A program made the position numbers and the translations under genes. Of a stretch of 32,967 nucleotides of DNA, positions 23,544-32,168 are shown piece by piece; the first letter of the stretch is position 1, and every line of letters starts with the position of its first letter. The notes under the pieces were generated by a model. It was given only the letters and a program-made list of their open reading frames with translations, was not told where the DNA came from and ran no database searches. This DNA is from Haematospirillum jordaniae, in sequence record NZ_CP014526.1. One strand, 5' to 3'.

Positions 23544-24056
23544 GTGCCGGATGGTTTTAATGCGTTGCAAAGAGAGGTTCGGTCCGCCGCATCCCGATCC
23601 CCGGAATTTTTGTCTTTTGACGGCCTAGTGGATGCTGAAGACGTCTGCGACAAGGCCGTCTGCATGGAATACACCAATGCTGACGGTGGAAAGTCGAAGC
23701 GATGGATCACGATGCGCAGCATCGACGAGGACGGACCAACGCCGAAGTTTTTCGCCTATTGCTGGGTGCGCCGCCAAGTGCGCTCCTTCCGGGCCGATCG
23801 CGTAGAAACGTTTATAGACTGTGATGGCGAATGCATCTCCGGGCGGGATTTTTTCGAGAGAATCGGCGTTAATCTCCCGCCGCCCGCCTCAGTAAGCCGG
23901 TCACGCAAGAAGAGCCGGAAAGCCGATACGGAACACAGCAGCTATAACAGCAGCAGCGGAACCGCCGCCACCACGGAGTCTGCTGGAACAGGAAACACTA
24001 TCGCAACGCTCGTCTTTATCGGCTTTGTTATTTACCTGATCAGCCTGCTCTTTTAA
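23544..24056 (+). CDS. WYL-domain protein with a C-terminal transmembrane anchor
   Basis: KSKRWITMRSIDEDGPTPKFFAYCWVRRQVRSFRADRVETF matches the WYL-domain consensus (..YL.AYC..R...R.FRxDRI). Then a Ser-rich linker and the terminal hydrophobic helix IATLVFIGFVIYLISLLF. Shine-Dalgarno AAGGAAGGAGAG, 21 nt after the CI stop. Confidence 0.5.
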   Translation: MPDGFNALQREVRSAASRSPEFLSFDGLVDAEDVCDKAVCMEYTNADGGKSKRWITMRSIDEDGPTPKFFAYCWVRRQVRSFRADRVETFIDCDGECISGRDFFERIGVNLPPPASVSRSRKKSRKADTEHSSYNSSSGTAATTESAGTGNTIATLVFIGFVIYLISLLF

Positions 24057-24143
24057 CCTAAAAAGGTTGTTTTCTGCAATCATTATAAACCGAGAGTAAG
24101 CATTGCCGACATCTTGGAGACGCAGGAAATCTCTACAAAACAA

Positions 24144-24181
24144 TGAATTGTGCTTGATTTGCGCATATTATGCGCTATAAT
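24144..24181 (+). promoter_or_regulatory. Sigma70-like promoter TTGATT-N16-TATAAT with an embedded palindromic operator GCGCATATTATGCGC
   Basis: Near-consensus -35/-10 boxes with a perfect 15-bp palindrome in the spacer. It is followed by a ~200-nt GC-rich leader with strong hairpins (GGGGGCGGGCTGGTCCGCCTCCCC; CCGGGAGGGAGAGATCAGCTCTCTCCCGG) before the first ORF. Confidence 0.4.
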
Positions 24182-24379
24182 CGGAGGCGTGGTCAGGGGG
24201 CGGGCTGGTCCGCCTCCCCGCCACGAAACAGAGGAAGAGCATGGAAAAACTTCCATTCTTCCTCTCCCTTCGGGTTAAATTTCTGGGTCTTACCCTGAAA
24301 CTTGTAATCCGGAGGTAGAGGACACCGGGAGGGAGAGATCAGCTCTCTCCCGGACCTCTGAAAGGATAAGGCAGCACTC

Positions 24380-24547
24380 ATGAAAATGCAACTCCGTGGA
24401 TTTGCCGCCGCCTTGCTGCTGGCAGCCCTTCTGGGGGCCTTGGCCTTGCTTGTCAGCGGGTTGCTCGCGGCCTTGGCGATAGCTGTACCTGTTCTTGTTA
24501 TTCTGGCCGTGCTGTTTGGAAAACCAGTGCAGGAGGATGACCAATGA
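24380..24547 (+). CDS. Small hydrophobic protein (55 aa, 2 predicted TM helices). Not in the ORF track because it is under 60 aa.
   Basis: Shine-Dalgarno AAGGATAAGG then ATG. Product MKMQLRGFAAALLLAALLGALALLVSGLLAALAIAVPVLVILAVLFGKPVQEDDQ. The stop overlaps the start of the downstream HTH gene (ATGA). Confidence 0.35.
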   Translation: MKMQLRGFAAALLLAALLGALALLVSGLLAALAIAVPVLVILAVLFGKPVQEDDQ

Positions 24548-24771
24548 CACCACGTGATTTCAGGGCCTGGCGGCGAAAGATGGGCCTGACCCAAGAGCAG
24601 GCGGCTGAACTTCTTGGCATGGGCCGTACTGCTGTATCACAGTACGACACAGGCAAACGCCGCGCCCCGGCAGAGGTTATAGAGACAGTGCCCCGGTATA
24701 TTGCGCTGGCATGCGCAGCCATCAGCCACGGACTTGCGCCGTATGGTTCGGATGAGGAGGAAGGCCGCTAG
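24544..24771 (+). CDS. XRE-family HTH transcriptional regulator
   Basis: MTPRDFRAWRRKMGLTQEQAAELLGMGRTAVSQYDTGKRRAPAEVIETV is a classic Cro/CI-type HTH. 75 aa. Confidence 0.6.
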   Translation: MTPRDFRAWRRKMGLTQEQAAELLGMGRTAVSQYDTGKRRAPAEVIETVPRYIALACAAISHGLAPYGSDEEEGR

Positions 24772-24822
24772 GCCTTCTCACAGGCAGAAATATCGGTTGT
24801 GAATCCGCCGCTCCCGATCAGG
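24768..24822. repeat. 55-bp direct repeat copy 1 (duplicate of the 3' end of gene D)
   Basis: CTAGGCCTTCTCACAGGCAGAAATATCGGTTGTGAATCCGCCGCTCCC recurs at 25576..25630. Both copies encode the same C-terminal peptide SGGFTTDISACEK(A/V). Confidence 0.6.
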
Positions 24823-25190
24823 TCATCGGCATCTATGCCAAGGATATTCGCCAGACTGCTCGCCATAATGGGCGACATAACCCGACGCCCTGTTTCCAGT
24901 TGCGAAATATAGTTCGCCGTACATCCGGCCTTCTCTGCAAGGCTTTTCTGTGACAAGCCTCGGTATGTCCGGTAGACATGCAGCGGGTTCTCACCGTCCA
25001 AAAGCCTGTTGACCAGAGCGGCTGGCCATGTCTCTTCGTTCGGGTCATGTGTGGCAAGGACGAGCGCGGCGAGATCCTCATCGCTTAAGGCCGATTCCGC
25101 TTGTTCTGCGAGCCGCCGGAATATCTCAAACGGCAGCACCACCCCTACCGGAGAGCCTGTGTGGTCCTTTATGACCGATACTTTCAGCAT
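24768..25190 (-). CDS. HigA-like antitoxin (N-terminal toxin-neutralising domain plus C-terminal XRE HTH)
   Basis: HTH GLSQKSLAEKAGCTANYISQLETGRR. Located immediately downstream of the RelE-like toxin. The last 18 codons derive from the duplicated gene D 3' end. Confidence 0.6.
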   Translation of the reverse strand: MLKVSVIKDHTGSPVGVVLPFEIFRRLAEQAESALSDEDLAALVLATHDPNEETWPAALVNRLLDGENPLHVYRTYRGLSQKSLAEKAGCTANYISQLETGRRVMSPIMASSLANILGIDADDLIGSGGFTTDISACEKA

Positions 25191-25206
25191 GGTATCCTCT
25201 TATAGG

Positions 25207-25455
25207 TTAGTAGGCGCTTCCGCGCGGGGCTATCTTCTGCACATCCAGCACGAAGCCGTCTTCGGAATAAATAACGCGGTATGTACCAACACGCAGGCGG
25301 TACATACCCGTACCCACCAGCGGCTTTATATCCAAATCGGGCCGCGCGGGATTTTCTGCCAATTGCGTTATTTTTTCCCGAATTTGGTGGGCGCGGTCCC
25401 GTGGGATCTTTAGCAGGGCCTTTCTGGCCGCCCTGCTGTATTCAATTTCAAGCAC
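25207..25455 (-). CDS. RelE/ParE-family toxin
   Basis: MLEIEYSRAARKALLKIPRDRAHQIREKITQLAENP...MYRLRVGTYRVIYSEDGFVLDVQKIAPR is a typical RelE/ParE layout. 82 aa. Confidence 0.7.
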   Translation of the reverse strand: MLEIEYSRAARKALLKIPRDRAHQIREKITQLAENPARPDLDIKPLVGTGMYRLRVGTYRVIYSEDGFVLDVQKIAPRGSAY

Positions 25456-25575
25456 CGCCCGCGATCCTCACCAACCTTCAGTTTTGGCAAGGTACTCTGT
25501 AAAGATGTCTGTGTCAATATTATATATTACCTCTGTCAATATCGCAGTATGACTGTGGCATACTATACAGCTAAG

Positions 25576-25630
25576 CCGCTAGACCTTCTCACAGGCAGAA
25601 ATATCGGTTGTAAATCCGCCGCTCCCATCG
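25576..25630. repeat. 55-bp direct repeat copy 2 (native 3' end of gene D)
   Basis: See 24768..24822. Confidence 0.6.
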
Positions 25631-26559
25631 ATTGTGTGCGTAACATCGTCGGCGATCCAGTTCATGCGGCAGATCTCCGGGGACCAGCCGACAAGGTTCA
25701 GCGGCATTCCGGCGCACAGGTCGGGCTTGCCGAGCGCCAGCGACAGAGTCAATTCATTGGCGCCGCGCTGGCGCTGCTTCCACGCTGCAGCCGCTGCGTC
25801 CTCCGCATCCTTGCGGCTGGTGTATATCTTTTTAAGGGTCTTGACCGATCCCCCCTCGCGACCCGCTATAACCGTCTCGGTAGATCCTGTTGACAGGTTA
25901 TGCCACTTGGCTGCGATGCCTGTTGTTGATCCCTCGCGATCAGACGTGCGGAAGCTGTGGCGGTCGCTGTCCCGACGGTTGATGGTTAGAGACGGCATTG
26001 CCGCCCCAGAGGCCGTAACACCGGACGCGGCTGGCAGGAACAGCAAGCGACCGGCCTTGATCGTTGACAGCGCGTCATGATCTTCACCCAGACGGCTGAT
26101 GAAGTTGAGGTCGCTTTCGTTGGTCTGGTCGATGTGATCGATTGCAATTGCCGCCAGATCCGGGTGAATGGCGGAGGCCAATCCATGGCGCTCGGCAATG
26201 GATCCAAGAACTGAACCAATGTTTGTCGCCTCGTAACTGGCCTCGCGCTGGTCCTTCAGCGCCCCCTGAAAATCAGCCGATCGCGCCGTAATCCGGATGA
26301 CATCCGGCGGTCCCTCGTGTCCGATTTCATCAACAACAAACTGGCCCTTGTCGACGAGGGCCTCCCCCTTCCAACCTATCGCCAGCGACAACCTGACGCC
26401 GCGTGCGGGCAGGGCAATCGATCCATCATCAAACACACTCAGTTCAAGCTGGTCTGCCTCCATGCCGGATTTGTCCAAAAGTCGAAGCGCGAGAAGGCGA
26501 TGCGCAAAGGCTGTTGTGATGTCCCGGTCTTCCGCAAGGATACGCCAGTCCGGTATCAT
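25579..26559 (-). CDS. D: Tail protein / late control protein gpD
   Basis: 326-aa ORF following U. P2 D-family features, and it is the terminal gene of the tail operon. Confidence 0.8.
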   Translation of the reverse strand: MIPDWRILAEDRDITTAFAHRLLALRLLDKSGMEADQLELSVFDDGSIALPARGVRLSLAIGWKGEALVDKGQFVVDEIGHEGPPDVIRITARSADFQGALKDQREASYEATNIGSVLGSIAERHGLASAIHPDLAAIAIDHIDQTNESDLNFISRLGEDHDALSTIKAGRLLFLPAASGVTASGAAMPSLTINRRDSDRHSFRTSDREGSTTGIAAKWHNLSTGSTETVIAGREGGSVKTLKKIYTSRKDAEDAAAAAWKQRQRGANELTLSLALGKPDLCAGMPLNLVGWSPEICRMNWIADDVTHTIDGSGGFTTDISACEKV

Positions 26560-26972
26560 GGGCGGCTGTCCATCAGGCGGCCAAGCTGGGTAATATCATC
26601 TGGATAACGCCGCAACTTCAGACTAAAGCTAACCTTTTGCGGTGCTCCATTTTTCAGGATATGGGAGCGACCTTCCTCAACAGAGTCAATGACCCACGGC
26701 CCGAGATTTTCACCCGTCCCGGCAGTCAACAGCCATGCCTTGCCGGTCGCTGCCATCTCGCGCAGCCTATCCAGCGTCTCAGGCCCCCCGGAGACACCGC
26801 GTGCCAAGGTGCCATCAATGGTGACCGTCTCTGACCCCGGCCCCGTCCACTGCAAGGCGGGCGTATAACCGATCCGGGCCTTTTCCTCCCATCGCTGCTG
26901 GGTGGACCGCTTGATGCTCTCGAACGGGGCGGTTTGTATCGAGAACGTAAATAACCCGAGCGACAACAACAC
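26556..26972 (-). CDS. U: Tail protein gpU
   Basis: 138 aa, between T and D, overlapping D by 4 nt. Confidence 0.75.
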   Translation of the reverse strand: MLLSLGLFTFSIQTAPFESIKRSTQQRWEEKARIGYTPALQWTGPGSETVTIDGTLARGVSGGPETLDRLREMAATGKAWLLTAGTGENLGPWVIDSVEEGRSHILKNGAPQKVSFSLKLRRYPDDITQLGRLMDSRP

Positions 26973-26975
26973 AAC

Positions 26976-29459
26976 CTAGTCCTCCTCGTCATACATGCGG
27001 GCGCGTGCATTCGACCGTTCGCGGGCCATCATCTTTTCAAGCTCAAGGCGGACTGCACGCGCTATGTCTGTTTCGGACTGTCCCGCAGCCGCATGAATCG
27101 TGATGGATACGCCGCCCATATCAACACCATGGCCCGAAGGGGCCTTGGCAACGGCTGCGCCGGAAACCGTTGCGGCGACACCGGCGGTTGCTGCAACCTT
27201 GACCGTCTTTTTGGCCAGATCACCACCAACGCCGGACAGGGCGCTTCCGGCAGCAGACACGGCTTCACCAAAGCCGCCGGTCAAGCGGGCAATCATATCG
27301 CTGACCCAAACCAGTGGGGCCTTGATCGCTTCGATCCCGCTTGTAATGCATCCCCAAGCCTGCGCAAACGTGTCGGACAGCCCCTGCCACAAGGCACCCA
27401 GATAACCGGCAATCGGCTCCCAGTTTGAAACAACAAGTCCAAGCGGGGTCCAGGCAAAGGCCGTCTTTATGACGTCCCATGCGCCAGCAAAAATACCGGA
27501 CACACTCTGCCAGAGGCGCGCGAAGAAAGCCTTGATCGGCTCCCAGTACACAACAATCAACGTAACGGCAGCGGCGATGGCCATGACCGCCAGCACAATG
27601 GGGTTCATCAGGAATGCGAGATTCAACTGCTTTACCCACGTCAGAAGAGCCGGAAAGACAGTTTTGGCCACCGCCCCCATAAACCCGATGGCCCCGGAGA
27701 ACAGACCGACACCACCCCCGGCAAGTCCGGCCTTGATGCCAAGCGAAACAACCGCGAAGCGCAGAATAGCAATGGGGCCTATAATGGCAGCCGCAACGGT
27801 TGCAAGGATACCGCCGACCAACACAAGTCCAGCAACAGATGCGGCAACCTTGAACAGGGTCCCGGCCAGTGCCGGGTTGGCCTTGACCCATTCCGCTGTC
27901 GACCGCACCACAGATGTTGCGGACTGAACAAGATCGCGCAATGGAGAGGTCTGGGTTTGGGACAGGGTGATATTCAGGCCCTCGACCGCTGACCAGAAGC
28001 CCTGAATATCCCCGGCGGCATTGTCCCCCATTGTTTTGGCCAAGCGACTGGCCTCGCCCCCGGCTTGTTTCAGAACCTCTGAAAATTTGCTGATAGCCCC
28101 CTCACCCTCACGCTCCACCAAGGACGCCATGGCCGCCCCGGCTTCGGTTCCAGCAATCGCCGTGAAGGCGGCCAGACGATCCGCACTCCCCAAGTCCTTG
28201 GTACCCTTGGCCACATCCGCCAGTATTTCTGTGATGGGGCGCATGTTGCCCGCCGCGTCCTGAGTCGCGACCGACAACTCGAGCAATGCCTTCCGCGCAC
28301 CGCCCGGCGGGCTGGCAAGGCGGGAAAACAGGGCACGCAGGGCTGTACCGGCCTGGGCACCCTGTATCCCGATATTGCCCAACAGGCCAGACATGGCCGA
28401 GACATCCTCGACCGACGCCCCGACCTGACGGGCAATCGGTGCGGTATACTTCATGGTTTCACCCAGCATCCCAAGGTCCACATTGGCCCGCGTAAAGGTT
28501 GCGGCCATCACGTCCCCGAGCCGTGACATTTCCGCAGCCTCAAGGCCAAAGCCCGACAGGATATTGCTGGCGATGTCGGCAGCCTCACCAAGGTTGGTAT
28601 TGCCTGCTTTTGCGAGATCGAGCATGCCGGGCATAGAAGCCAGGATCTGTTTTGCATCGAAACCGGCCATAGCCAGCTTTTGCATACCTTCAGCCGCTTC
28701 GGACGCCGAGAAACTGGTTGTTGCCCCCAACGCCATCGCCTGCTGTCCCAAAGCCGCAAATTCCGCCGATGTTTTGTCGAGCCGGGCGACAGCGCCAACG
28801 GCTGACATTTGCTTCTCGAAGGCAATTCCGTCGCGCAAGACCACACCCATTCCGGCCAGCATTCCACCTCCGGTTGCAACACCGCTGGCTCCGGCCATCG
28901 CCAAGCCACCTGCCCGAGCCGTTGCCCGATCCATACGGCTGCGGGCAATGGCTGTCGCTGTTGACTTCTTTTGCAGGGCCTCAAGTGCGCTGGCTTGGCC
29001 CTCCGCAGCCTTCTGGACTGCACCCAGATCCTTCTTCAGGGCTTTCTGTGCCGAAGCCAGTTTACGTGTATCAATGCCCGCCAAAGACAATTCACGCCGC
29101 ATGGAGCTTGTTTTTTTTGCCAAATCAAACTGAGACTGCTCCAGCCTCTGAACCTCTTGGCGCGCGAAGGCAAATGCACGCTTCGCTTTCTTGCTGTCCT
29201 CTCCACCAGCCGCCAGCGCCCGTCCCAGATCACGGGCCTTGCTCCGCGCCGCATCCAGAGATGATGTGTTGTCCCGGAGCATTTTTTTGAGTCGGGAGAA
29301 TTCACCAACGCCCGCAGACTTTTTGTGCAACGTCTGTAACTGCTCGGACGTCCCACGCATGGCCTCCTTCAGCTTCTCCGCCGATGACCGCGCCGTCTTG
29401 AAAGGCGCGGTCATCTTGTCGACCGCCGCCATGGTTACCTGAATCTTCAAATCACTCAC
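26976..29459 (-). CDS. T: Tail tape-measure protein gpT
   Basis: 827-aa Ala/Gly-rich, coiled-coil-rich ORF with a hydrophobic central segment. Follows E/E'. Confidence 0.85.
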   Translation of the reverse strand: MSDLKIQVTMAAVDKMTAPFKTARSSAEKLKEAMRGTSEQLQTLHKKSAGVGEFSRLKKMLRDNTSSLDAARSKARDLGRALAAGGEDSKKAKRAFAFARQEVQRLEQSQFDLAKKTSSMRRELSLAGIDTRKLASAQKALKKDLGAVQKAAEGQASALEALQKKSTATAIARSRMDRATARAGGLAMAGASGVATGGGMLAGMGVVLRDGIAFEKQMSAVGAVARLDKTSAEFAALGQQAMALGATTSFSASEAAEGMQKLAMAGFDAKQILASMPGMLDLAKAGNTNLGEAADIASNILSGFGLEAAEMSRLGDVMAATFTRANVDLGMLGETMKYTAPIARQVGASVEDVSAMSGLLGNIGIQGAQAGTALRALFSRLASPPGGARKALLELSVATQDAAGNMRPITEILADVAKGTKDLGSADRLAAFTAIAGTEAGAAMASLVEREGEGAISKFSEVLKQAGGEASRLAKTMGDNAAGDIQGFWSAVEGLNITLSQTQTSPLRDLVQSATSVVRSTAEWVKANPALAGTLFKVAASVAGLVLVGGILATVAAAIIGPIAILRFAVVSLGIKAGLAGGGVGLFSGAIGFMGAVAKTVFPALLTWVKQLNLAFLMNPIVLAVMAIAAAVTLIVVYWEPIKAFFARLWQSVSGIFAGAWDVIKTAFAWTPLGLVVSNWEPIAGYLGALWQGLSDTFAQAWGCITSGIEAIKAPLVWVSDMIARLTGGFGEAVSAAGSALSGVGGDLAKKTVKVAATAGVAATVSGAAVAKAPSGHGVDMGGVSITIHAAAGQSETDIARAVRLELEKMMARERSNARARMYDEED

Positions 29460-29889
29460 GGCGTAAACTCCTTTGCCGCGCGGGCCTCGGCCTCTGCGAA
29501 ATCAATCGCAAGCGCATAGGCTTCGGCATAACGATCCAGGGTCAGGGCTTCAAAAACCGGCGGAGGAAACGACCCCGGAAACACTTTCATCAAAATTCCC
29601 CAAGCCATCAGGGCGTCGTCGGGGATGCCGTCTCCGCACGTTCGAAAAAACCGGCCACCGCTGTGCAAACCGCCAGCAGGTCGGCTGCGCTCATCCGGTC
29701 GAGGGCTTCCTGCGTCAGGGGCTCTGTGGTGATGCGGAGAACAAGGGCAAAGATTGCGGAGGTATCAAATGAAAAGACCTCGGTCATCTTCAGGCCCCGC
29801 AAATCACCGGCCAAGGGAACACGCAATTTCAGCGCCGTTACCTTGCTGCCATTGACCGTGATCGGGGTTGTGAGTGCAACAGTTTGCAT
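29456..29889 (-). CDS. E': gpE' (E+E'), product of a programmed -1 frameshift from E into the overlapping 29456..29668 frame
   Basis: The slippery run G-GTT-TTT-TCG (plus strand cgaaaaaacc at about 29644..29653) lies near the 3' end of E, with the -1 frame open for ~60 further codons ending at the T start. This mirrors the P2 E/E' arrangement. The fused length is about 140 aa. Confidence 0.45.
29608..29889 (-). CDS. E: Tail assembly chaperone gpE
   Basis: 93 aa, between FII and T. Confidence 0.6.
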   Translation of the reverse strand: MQTVALTTPITVNGSKVTALKLRVPLAGDLRGLKMTEVFSFDTSAIFALVLRITTEPLTQEALDRMSAADLLAVCTAVAGFFERAETASPTTP

Positions 29890-29928
29890 CGAATGAACTC
29901 CTTAGTTGGATAAACGTATTAATATTAA

Positions 29929-30468
29929 CTAGATGCCTATTTTTGGGAGATCCGGCATGCCGGGCAGACCTATAGCCCGTGAAATCGCGCTGGCTCTGTC
30001 AATGCCACCGACCAGTTCTGTGCCGCCGAGCATGTCGATCTCAACCAGCTTCGAACCATTGGACGAGTAGCAGTAGTAGGTGAGAGGCATTTCAACCTTC
30101 ATTTTTGCCATGTCTTTCGCCTTGATCGTGCCCATGTCAATCGACTTCCAGCGCCCACGAACCGTGATATCGACCGCTGATGTTCCAACACCGTCGGCAG
30201 CCAGACCGGCAGCAACAAAGCGCACACCAAGCCCGCCAACATCGGACAATCCCCAAGCGCGCAAAACATCGGAATTGAACTCCCCGAGAGTGAACTCCAT
30301 CTTGAGCGGCTCCATTCCGAGATCGACAAGAACCGGACCCGCCATCCCGGCAGCCCGCCACTCTTCCGTGGACCGCTCCAGCTTTGGCAGAACGACTTCC
30401 TCTGCGATTCCCGCCATACCCCGTCCATCTATGAACACATTGAAATTCTTCAATATCATCGGCAACAT
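29929..30468 (-). CDS. FII: Tail tube protein gpFII
   Basis: Inside the 29929..30513 ORF; the likely start is MLPMILKNFNVFIDG, which resembles the P2 FII N-terminus (LMNVFLNG). Confidence 0.8.
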   Translation of the reverse strand: MLPMILKNFNVFIDGRGMAGIAEEVVLPKLERSTEEWRAAGMAGPVLVDLGMEPLKMEFTLGEFNSDVLRAWGLSDVGGLGVRFVAAGLAADGVGTSAVDITVRGRWKSIDMGTIKAKDMAKMKVEMPLTYYCYSSNGSKLVEIDMLGGTELVGGIDRASAISRAIGLPGMPDLPKIGI

Positions 30469-30490
30469 GCTGTTATCTCCTTCTGTAAGG

Positions 30491-31663
30491 TCAGGCCGCC
30501 ATGGCCGAGGCAAAATCCATCAGGTATCCGTCCGTGATCTTCTGCTCGAACATCAGGTTTTCAAGCGGAGGGACGGGTGTGTAATCGTAGGAGACGAGGA
30601 GCTTTCCGGCCTTCAGCGTCGTGGCATCGTTCCTGGCCGGATCGAACCAAGCATTGCCGCCGATCAGATATCCATTCCGGACCAGTTCACGCATTTTGGC
30701 GTTGACCCCGTCAACAATGTCACGGGCCAGCATGGGATGAAGCGGTTTGTCCATCGCCCAGAAATGGGCCTCCGCCATCGTGTCAGCCAAGATATGGGCT
30801 GTCCGCGTGTAATTCTCGAACGCAAACAGGGGATCAGCCGAGCAGGTCCGCGACCCCCAGAAGCGGTACCCGTCCTTGCGGATCAATGTTGTGACATCGG
30901 CGGCGTTCAGAAGCCCGGCATCCGTGGCCGGATTCTGCAGATCCCAGAACACATCCTTGCTGATTCCGGTTACGCCTTGAACAACGACGTTTGATAGTGT
31001 CTTGTGCCAACCGATGTCTTCGTCAATCTTGGCCCGCAGACCCAGTGCACGGGCTGTCGCCCACTCTGTCCGGCTGGCACTGGACGCATTGTCCCATGAC
31101 TGGAAGTCAGGCCAGATCACCATCAGTTCGCGGTTTCCAAAATTCTGGCGGTAGGCAATGGCCGCATCCCGATTGACGCAGCCGTGGGCGGCGACATAGG
31201 CAAAGGCACGGGTCTTCGCGGCAATTGACGCAAGCTCGACGGCAACGGGCTTTGTATCCAGGCCAGGCGCTCCAAGAATACGCGGCGTCAGGCCGAACAT
31301 GGCCTTGGCAGCCGTCAATGCCTGCAAGCCGGTTTTCATCCCGTCAGCCGTTACGCCGCCAATCACGTTGGTTGTTGTTTTGGCGGGCGTGTCGCCCTCC
31401 GGGACACGAACAACAACCGTTGCCGGGTTCCCGTGATCCTTGATCGCAGCAAGGACATGGGGGAGCGTGCCAGAATCCCCCGCCTTCCCGAGACCGGACA
31501 TAATGTCCGTCAAAAGCACCGGGCGGTTCAGCGGAAAAGCTCCGGCATCGGCATCGGCACCTGTTGCAACAAATCCGATAACGGCACTCTCTATGGTCCG
31601 GATGGGGCGAATACCGTTGCTGGCTTCAATAACGCGGACGCCATGATGATAATCGGCAGCCAT
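30491..31663 (-). CDS. FI: Contractile tail sheath protein gpFI
   Basis: 390-aa ORF of the sheath family, upstream of FII. Confidence 0.9.
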   Translation of the reverse strand: MAADYHHGVRVIEASNGIRPIRTIESAVIGFVATGADADAGAFPLNRPVLLTDIMSGLGKAGDSGTLPHVLAAIKDHGNPATVVVRVPEGDTPAKTTTNVIGGVTADGMKTGLQALTAAKAMFGLTPRILGAPGLDTKPVAVELASIAAKTRAFAYVAAHGCVNRDAAIAYRQNFGNRELMVIWPDFQSWDNASSASRTEWATARALGLRAKIDEDIGWHKTLSNVVVQGVTGISKDVFWDLQNPATDAGLLNAADVTTLIRKDGYRFWGSRTCSADPLFAFENYTRTAHILADTMAEAHFWAMDKPLHPMLARDIVDGVNAKMRELVRNGYLIGGNAWFDPARNDATTLKAGKLLVSYDYTPVPPLENLMFEQKITDGYLMDFASAMAA

Positions 31664-31686
31664 GACTCTCTCCTTCTTGCGTGGTT

Positions 31687-32160
31687 TTATTCACCGTCCG
31701 GCGTGTGCGGCCAGTGCGTGTCGTTGTAGTAATCGGGTGGGATGGGGGGTGCGGCTTCCAGGGCGTTGCAGCGCTCGCGAATGGCGGCGCGAAACCGGGC
31801 GATGGGCGCGGGGACGGCCTCGCCGGTTTCAATCTGACGCACGACGTACCAGTCCGTCGCCGCAAGTCGGCGGCGGGCTTCGGCTTGCACCAGTGCGGCA
31901 GAAGGCAGTACGGCTTCAGCGGCTTCAGCGGCTTCAGCGTCCGGGGACACCTCTGCGGTGGTGTCTGGCACAGGCTCAACCACCCACGCCGTTCCATCCC
32001 AGCGGGCCTGTTCGCCCTCGGCAAGCGCAGGCGGCGGGACGGTGACGCACCCGGCTGGGATCAGCCAGGTATCCGGCGAACGCGGATTGCGGTCGCTCTC
32101 ATCAAGGATCTGTTCACCGGCGTAAAGGTCGTTTTGTGTGCGATAAACTGTTTGGGACAT
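31687..32160 (-). CDS. G: Tail fibre assembly chaperone (gpG/Tfa-like)
   Basis: 157 aa. The C-terminal [29 protein letters not shown] motif is typical of Tfa chaperones. Immediately downstream of H. Confidence 0.65.
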   Translation of the reverse strand: MSQTVYRTQNDLYAGEQILDESDRNPRSPDTWLIPAGCVTVPPPALAEGEQARWDGTAWVVEPVPDTTAEVSPDAEAAEAAEAVLPSAALVQAEARRRLAATDWYVVRQIETGEAVPAPIARFRAAIRERCNALEAAPPIPPDYYNDTHWPHTPDGE

Positions 32161-32168
32161 GACGGGCC

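Noticed and set aside
24193-24594. 133-aa minus-strand ORF
   Set aside because: Antisense to the promoter-leader-small peptide-HTH unit, which has far better signals (Shine-Dalgarno, ATGA coupling, HTH).
26976-29459. Numerous ORFs in alternative frames of the tape-measure gene (e.g. 27265..27891, 28453..29133, 28718..29290)
   Set aside because: They are embedded within and antisense or out of frame to the 827-aa tape-measure ORF. These are typical GC-rich spurious ORFs.
31664-31686. Cargo at the second P2 hotspot (Z/fun, between G and FI)
   Set aside because: Only 23 bp separate G and FI; nothing is inserted there.
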